A DNA stretch of 64,000 nucleotides from the human T2T-CHM13v2.0 reference genome, Homo sapiens, in assembly GCF_009914755.1 (NCBI RefSeq), contig NC_060944.1, one strand, 5' to 3'. Made by a program: the position numbers and the translations under genes. The notes under the pieces were generated by a model. The model was given only the letters and a program-made list of their open reading frames with translations. It was not told where the DNA came from and made no database searches. Positions 35,757 to 64,000 of this stretch are shown piece by piece. Within the stretch, counting starts at the first letter, position 1. Each line of letters starts with the position of its first letter.

Positions 35757-36010
35757 CTTTTTTTTGAGACAGAGTCTCGCTCTGTCACCCAGGCTGGAGT
35801 GCAGATCACAGCTCACTGCAAACTCCGCCTCCCAGGCTCAAGTGATGCTCCCACCTCAACCTCCCAAGCAGCTGGGACTACAGGCGTGGGCTACCATGCT
35901 GGCTAATTTTTGTATTTTTTGTAGAGACGGGGTTTCGCCATGTTGCCCAGGCTGGTCTCAAACTCCTGGACTCAAGCGATCTGCCCACCTCGGCCTCCCA
36001 CCATGCTGGC
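35757..36010 (-). mobile_element. Alu (AluJ-like, internally deleted)
   Basis: Reverse Alu consensus. Confidence 0.88.
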
Positions 36011-37735
36011 CTGATTGTCTTTTCCACACTGCACCTTGAGGCTGGATCTCCAGGTGGGCCTGCTTCTCTCCTCCCCTTCACCCTCCAGCATCTACCACAA
36101 GCTCCTCCTTCACCTGCAACCCCCTCTCAGGATGAAAGAATGGCTGGCAGCATAGCCTGGAAGCCGGACACACAGAGGAAGGGGGACCCTGGTGGGTGAG
36201 GGAGGGAAAGGGCTAGAAAATCAGAGCTGAGGGGAGGGAGAGTACAGGGCCTCAGGTGACCACAGAGGTGACCTCATGTTAAACCCAGGCAAGACCTGTG
36301 CCTGAGGATGGAGCGTGGGGACAAACGAGGAAACAGGTTCAGCAAGTTTAAGCAGCAAGCTCACAGTCACAGAGCGAGGAAGTGGCAGAGCTGGGATCTG
36401 GGCCCAGGTTTGTCAGGTTCCAAACCATGCCCTTAACAGCCTTGCTGTGCTGCGGGGGCTCACATAAGGCAGGGAGTGGCTGCTTCTCCTCCAAGCCCCT
36501 GGCGGAGTGGAAGGCTCACAGAGGCAATGTAAGCCACAGATTCCTCTATCTTTGCCCCTATCCAGTCCAAACCCAGAGGCCAGAGGGCCAAGAGCTCAGT
36601 TTCCAGTGCCCCTGGCTTGTTTTCCTGGGGGCTCTGAGGCTCTCCAGCCAGCTAGTGATGAAGGTTGACTTACGATTATTTACTGAGCACCTTCTCTGTG
36701 CAAATCGATTCACACCTATTATCTCATTTCATCCTCAGGAACAACTGCCATGATGAGCACTGTTTCCTCATCTTTAAATGAGGAACCCCAATTTCAGAAA
36801 GGTGGAGGAACTTGGCCAGGCTCACAGAATAGGGTAGCATGGCTGGGACTATGAACCCAGGACTGCCTGGCTCTAAACCCAATTCACTTTCTTCTGGAAA
36901 AAGTCGTCAGCCTAAGGACGGAAGAGCAGGAAAATAGACAGATCCAGCCCTTGAACTGACCAACTCTTGATCCACCCCATCTGTGAATTTCTACTGAGAA
37001 GAATATATTTTCCCTATGATTTAAGCTGCATCAAATTGAAATAGCAGGAGAAGAGTTTTGGGGGATGACAGGATTCTTCTATATCCTGATTGTGGTCCTG
37101 GTTACAACACATAGCTATACATGTATCAAAATTCCTAGAACTAAAAGGAACTCTAGGAAGCAAATATGGCAGAATGTTAAGGTTTTATAAACCTATGTGG
37201 TCTATTCTTTTCTTAGGTTTGAAATATTTTATAATAATTTTAGGGAAAAGAAAAAAACAAAAAGCAGGAGGAGGAGGAAGAGGAAAAGGATATTTGGGGA
37301 AAGTCTGTTTAGATGGGATGGCTGGAGCTGCTGCGGCCATCTTGCAACCATGAAAGAAGCCAGTGTAAGAGCAAATCTGAGACACGGGGATGGGAGAGCA
37401 GAGAGATGGAAAGATGATCCTGCAGATGTCGGTCAGTTGCTGAATCAATCAGAATCTCAAACCTGTCCTCCTCCCTCTGGACTTCCTCTCTGCCATAATA
37501 AATTTGTTTATCGTTGAAGCAATGTGAGTTGATGGTTTCTGATACTTGGGTTGAAGACACTGTTACTGATACAGGATACGGGGTCAGATCTGAAGCAGTG
37601 GGGCAGCCCCATGGCCAGCAGCAGTGCTGACAAGGAGACTGTGGAAAGTCACTGATGTGGCTCATCTAGATGTGGCTGGGCATGAGACATCGGGGAAGCC
37701 AGTGGGGTTGCTTGTTCAGAAACTTGCCAGCTGGG

Positions 37736-38048
37736 TTTTTTTTTTTTTTTGGTGGGAGGTTGTGGGGGGACAGAGTCTTGTTCTACCATCCAGGCTTGAG
37801 TGCAATGGTGTGATCTTGACTCACTGCAACTTCTGCCTCATGGGTTCAAGAGAGTCTCATGCCTTGGCCTCCTGAGTAGCTGGGATTACAGGTGAACACC
37901 ACCATGCCTGGCTAATTTTTGTATTTTTAGTAGAGACAGGGTTTCACCATGTTGGCCTGCCTGGTCTCGAACTCCTGGCCTCAAGTGATCCACCTGCCTT
38001 GGCTTCCCAAAGTGCTGGGATTACAGGTGTGAGCCACCACCCCCGGCC
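37736..38048 (-). mobile_element. Alu (AluS-type)
   Basis: Reverse Alu consensus; TSD cagctgg(g)tttt. Confidence 0.92.
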
Positions 38049-38495
38049 GTCAGCTGGTTTTAAGATTCTAATTTTATAGCAATGTAGGTCATTGTCATGT
38101 GATTTCATCTTAATGTTCCTTTCCTAGCTGACACCCTCACGGATACCACATCTACCTGGGCCTTGGGGAACTCAGGAACTTCGAGCAACTAAGAGCTGGA
38201 AGTGTTCAAAAATGTGCAAGATAATTTTTCAAAAATCTAATTTTTGTGACAAGTCATCAATCTATGTGTTCTGGCTGCTACTTAGAGCAATCTTCCTGGT
38301 ACAGATGCAGACATCTGAGTCTGGGGGCTCAAATCACTTGGAAAAAGGGAGAGCTGGGGTGAGGGCCTACAGTCATGAGTCCTCCTGGCACCTGCCTCAG
38401 GTAAGGGAAAATCTTCTCTGCGTGAAAGGAGGAATGACCATGACAGTGATGTGATCGCTGCATCTCAGTTTCCTTGTTTCCAAAATGGTGAAGAG

Positions 38496-38610
38496 GTCAG
38501 GCACGGTGTGGCTCGGCCTTAATCCCAACACTTTGAGAGGCTGAGGCAGGAGGATTGCTTGAGCTCAGGAGTTCAAGACCAGCCTGGACAACATAGTAAG
38601 ACCTCATCTC

Positions 38611-38657
<47 letters not shown>
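38496..38657 (+). mobile_element. Alu monomer (FLAM-like) with an (AAT)~15 tail
   Basis: Left-arm consensus followed by a pure AAT repeat at 38611-38657. Confidence 0.88.
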
Positions 38658-38659
<2 letters not shown>

Positions 38660-40199
38660 CAAAATGGGGAAGAATCATCCCTCTCTCAGGGTTGTTTTTT
38701 GGCTTGGAGATGATGCATATGAAGCATCTGGCACACAGTGGATGCTTCACACACGGCCACTGCTTTCATTCTGAAGCAAGCCAGAAGAATTCTAGTTGCT
38801 GCAGATGGAAGCAGGAGGGGAGACTCTTTTAGAACCAAACGAAGAGAGGAAGAAAAAAACTTTTAAGAAAAAAAGAAGAAAACTTCAGAAGGTCTCACGT
38901 CCTCCGAGCTCAGCGGACTTCATTAGACTTTCATAAAGTCCAAAGTCGGGGAGACAGGGCACTAGGGGGCTGATGAGGACCCAGCGGGAGAGAAGCTGGC
39001 TGCCCCTTCTGCAGCCCCGCCCCTCCTCTCATCACCATGGAGACGGAGCAGGCTGCCCAGTGGGGTTCCTGCCCACCCGAGGCCTGAGGCTGCTGCAGAG
39101 GGAGGGGCAGGGGCTGAGCAGACAGGGACCTGTCTGGAAAGCTGGGTTGGCGGTGGGGAGTGTCTACATCCCCCCAACTCCCAAGGCGCTGAGGGATTCG
39201 GGCTGGTGTGGGATGCATCTGGAGGGCTGTGTTTTGATCCTCGCTCTGCTAGCAGCTTGCTGAGTGACCGTGGGAAGAACGCTTCCCCTGGTGAAGCCTC
39301 AGGTTCTACATCTGCCAAAGGAAGGAGTAAAAATGTACAAAAACAGAAGCTTGGATAAGAAAGCTGTGGGATGAGGAAGCAATGAAATATTTAATGCTGG
39401 AGAAGAACATTTGCTACCTATTGTTTCTCGAAAAAAGGGAACTTTACCAAACTGACCAGGTGATCCCATATTGGTTAACAAACAAACATGGACTCTCTAC
39501 CTATGCTTACCAACAAAAGAGGGAGAAAAGAAATACTCTAAAATACACTTTGGCTTGTCTCCGGAAGAGGGAGTTATATGTAATTTGTATTCTCTTGTTT
39601 CTTTCTCAAATTTTGGCCAATAAACATGGGTTACTTTTAAAATCAGGATAACATTAATAGCTAGCATTTGGATATTTATTTTGCACGGGCAGTATGCTAA
39701 ATGCTTTACGTGGTTTTAAGCTCATTTTATCTTCTCCACAATCCAGAGAGGGAGCAGTACTATGTATTTCTCTTCTGCAGAAGAGAAAACCGAGGTTCAG
39801 AGAGGTTAAAGGGCTTGCCTGAGGTCGGACCACTAGAGAATGACAGGGCTAAGATTTAAAACCATAGCCAAGATACTAGACTCTAAAATGTGAGCATTGA
39901 ATCATTACCACTACTGCCTCTCAGGACAAGAAAACACGAAAGCATCTGTTTTCTTAAATGTTTTACTATCAAAAATACAAAAGAAATCAAAAGTAGAAAG
40001 AAAAATATGAATCCTTATGTCTGTGCCACCCACCTTCAAGGGAGTCTGTAGGTGGGGGCATTTGGGTGGGGACACAGAGCGGGGAATGGGGTGCCTAGGG
40101 AGGGGAACCAATCTACACACACACATACACACACGCACGCCCGCGCACACACACGCATGCATACATGGACATGCGAGCCTCCCAGGCTGCACTTCTCCC

Positions 40200-40370
40200 T
40201 GCCTGTGGGGCCCTAACCACAATGGAAAACCACAGCGGCCCTCCCTCTTTCCCACCCTCACCAGGTTCCTTCCTCCTTTCCACATTCTACTGACTTGCAT
40301 TTCCCCACCCGACTCTTTTATAGCTCCCTGGTTCAACCTCAAGGCCTTGAGGTTTTGGCAGCTCTGGAGG
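40200..40370 (+). promoter_or_regulatory. BPI: BPI proximal (myeloid) promoter and 5' UTR
   Basis: Two RUNX consensus sites AACCACA (40215-40221, 40228-40234), ETS-like TTCC cores near 40266, a CACCC box CCCCACCC (40303-40310) and an AT-rich TTTTATAG (40316-40323), all directly upstream of the ATG. Confidence 0.7.
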
Positions 40371-63972
<23,602 letters not shown>

Positions 63973-64000
63973 GTAAGTGGGCCTGTGAGAGGAGGAGGGG

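Overview
This is human/primate-type genomic DNA, rich in Alu, L1, MIR, L2, MaLR and Tigger repeats, and it covers the BPI (bactericidal/permeability-increasing protein) locus. Coding exons 1-11 of BPI lie on the + strand from 40371 to 63972. All have canonical GT-AG junctions and join into one uninterrupted frame matching the BPI protein as I recall it; the remaining 3' exons lie beyond the window. The first ~40 kb is repeat-rich upstream sequence: a truncated L1 with target-site duplications (TSDs), a Tigger3-type transposon carrying three Alus, and a full-length THE1 inserted into a MER39-like LTR. Almost all long ORFs in the track are repeat or low-complexity artefacts. I found no prokaryotic-type system, CRISPR array or RNA gene. 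The best leads are: (i) a textbook branch point and 3' splice site just upstream of BPI exon 1, plus three upstream exon-like segments that would splice in frame into BPI (speculative); (ii) a 67-bp segment of intron 6 duplicated into a 1.4-kb (GAT/GGT)n repeat in intron 5; (iii) candidate CTCF, RUNX and RFX/Sp sites. Repeat subfamily names and boundaries are by eye and approximate.
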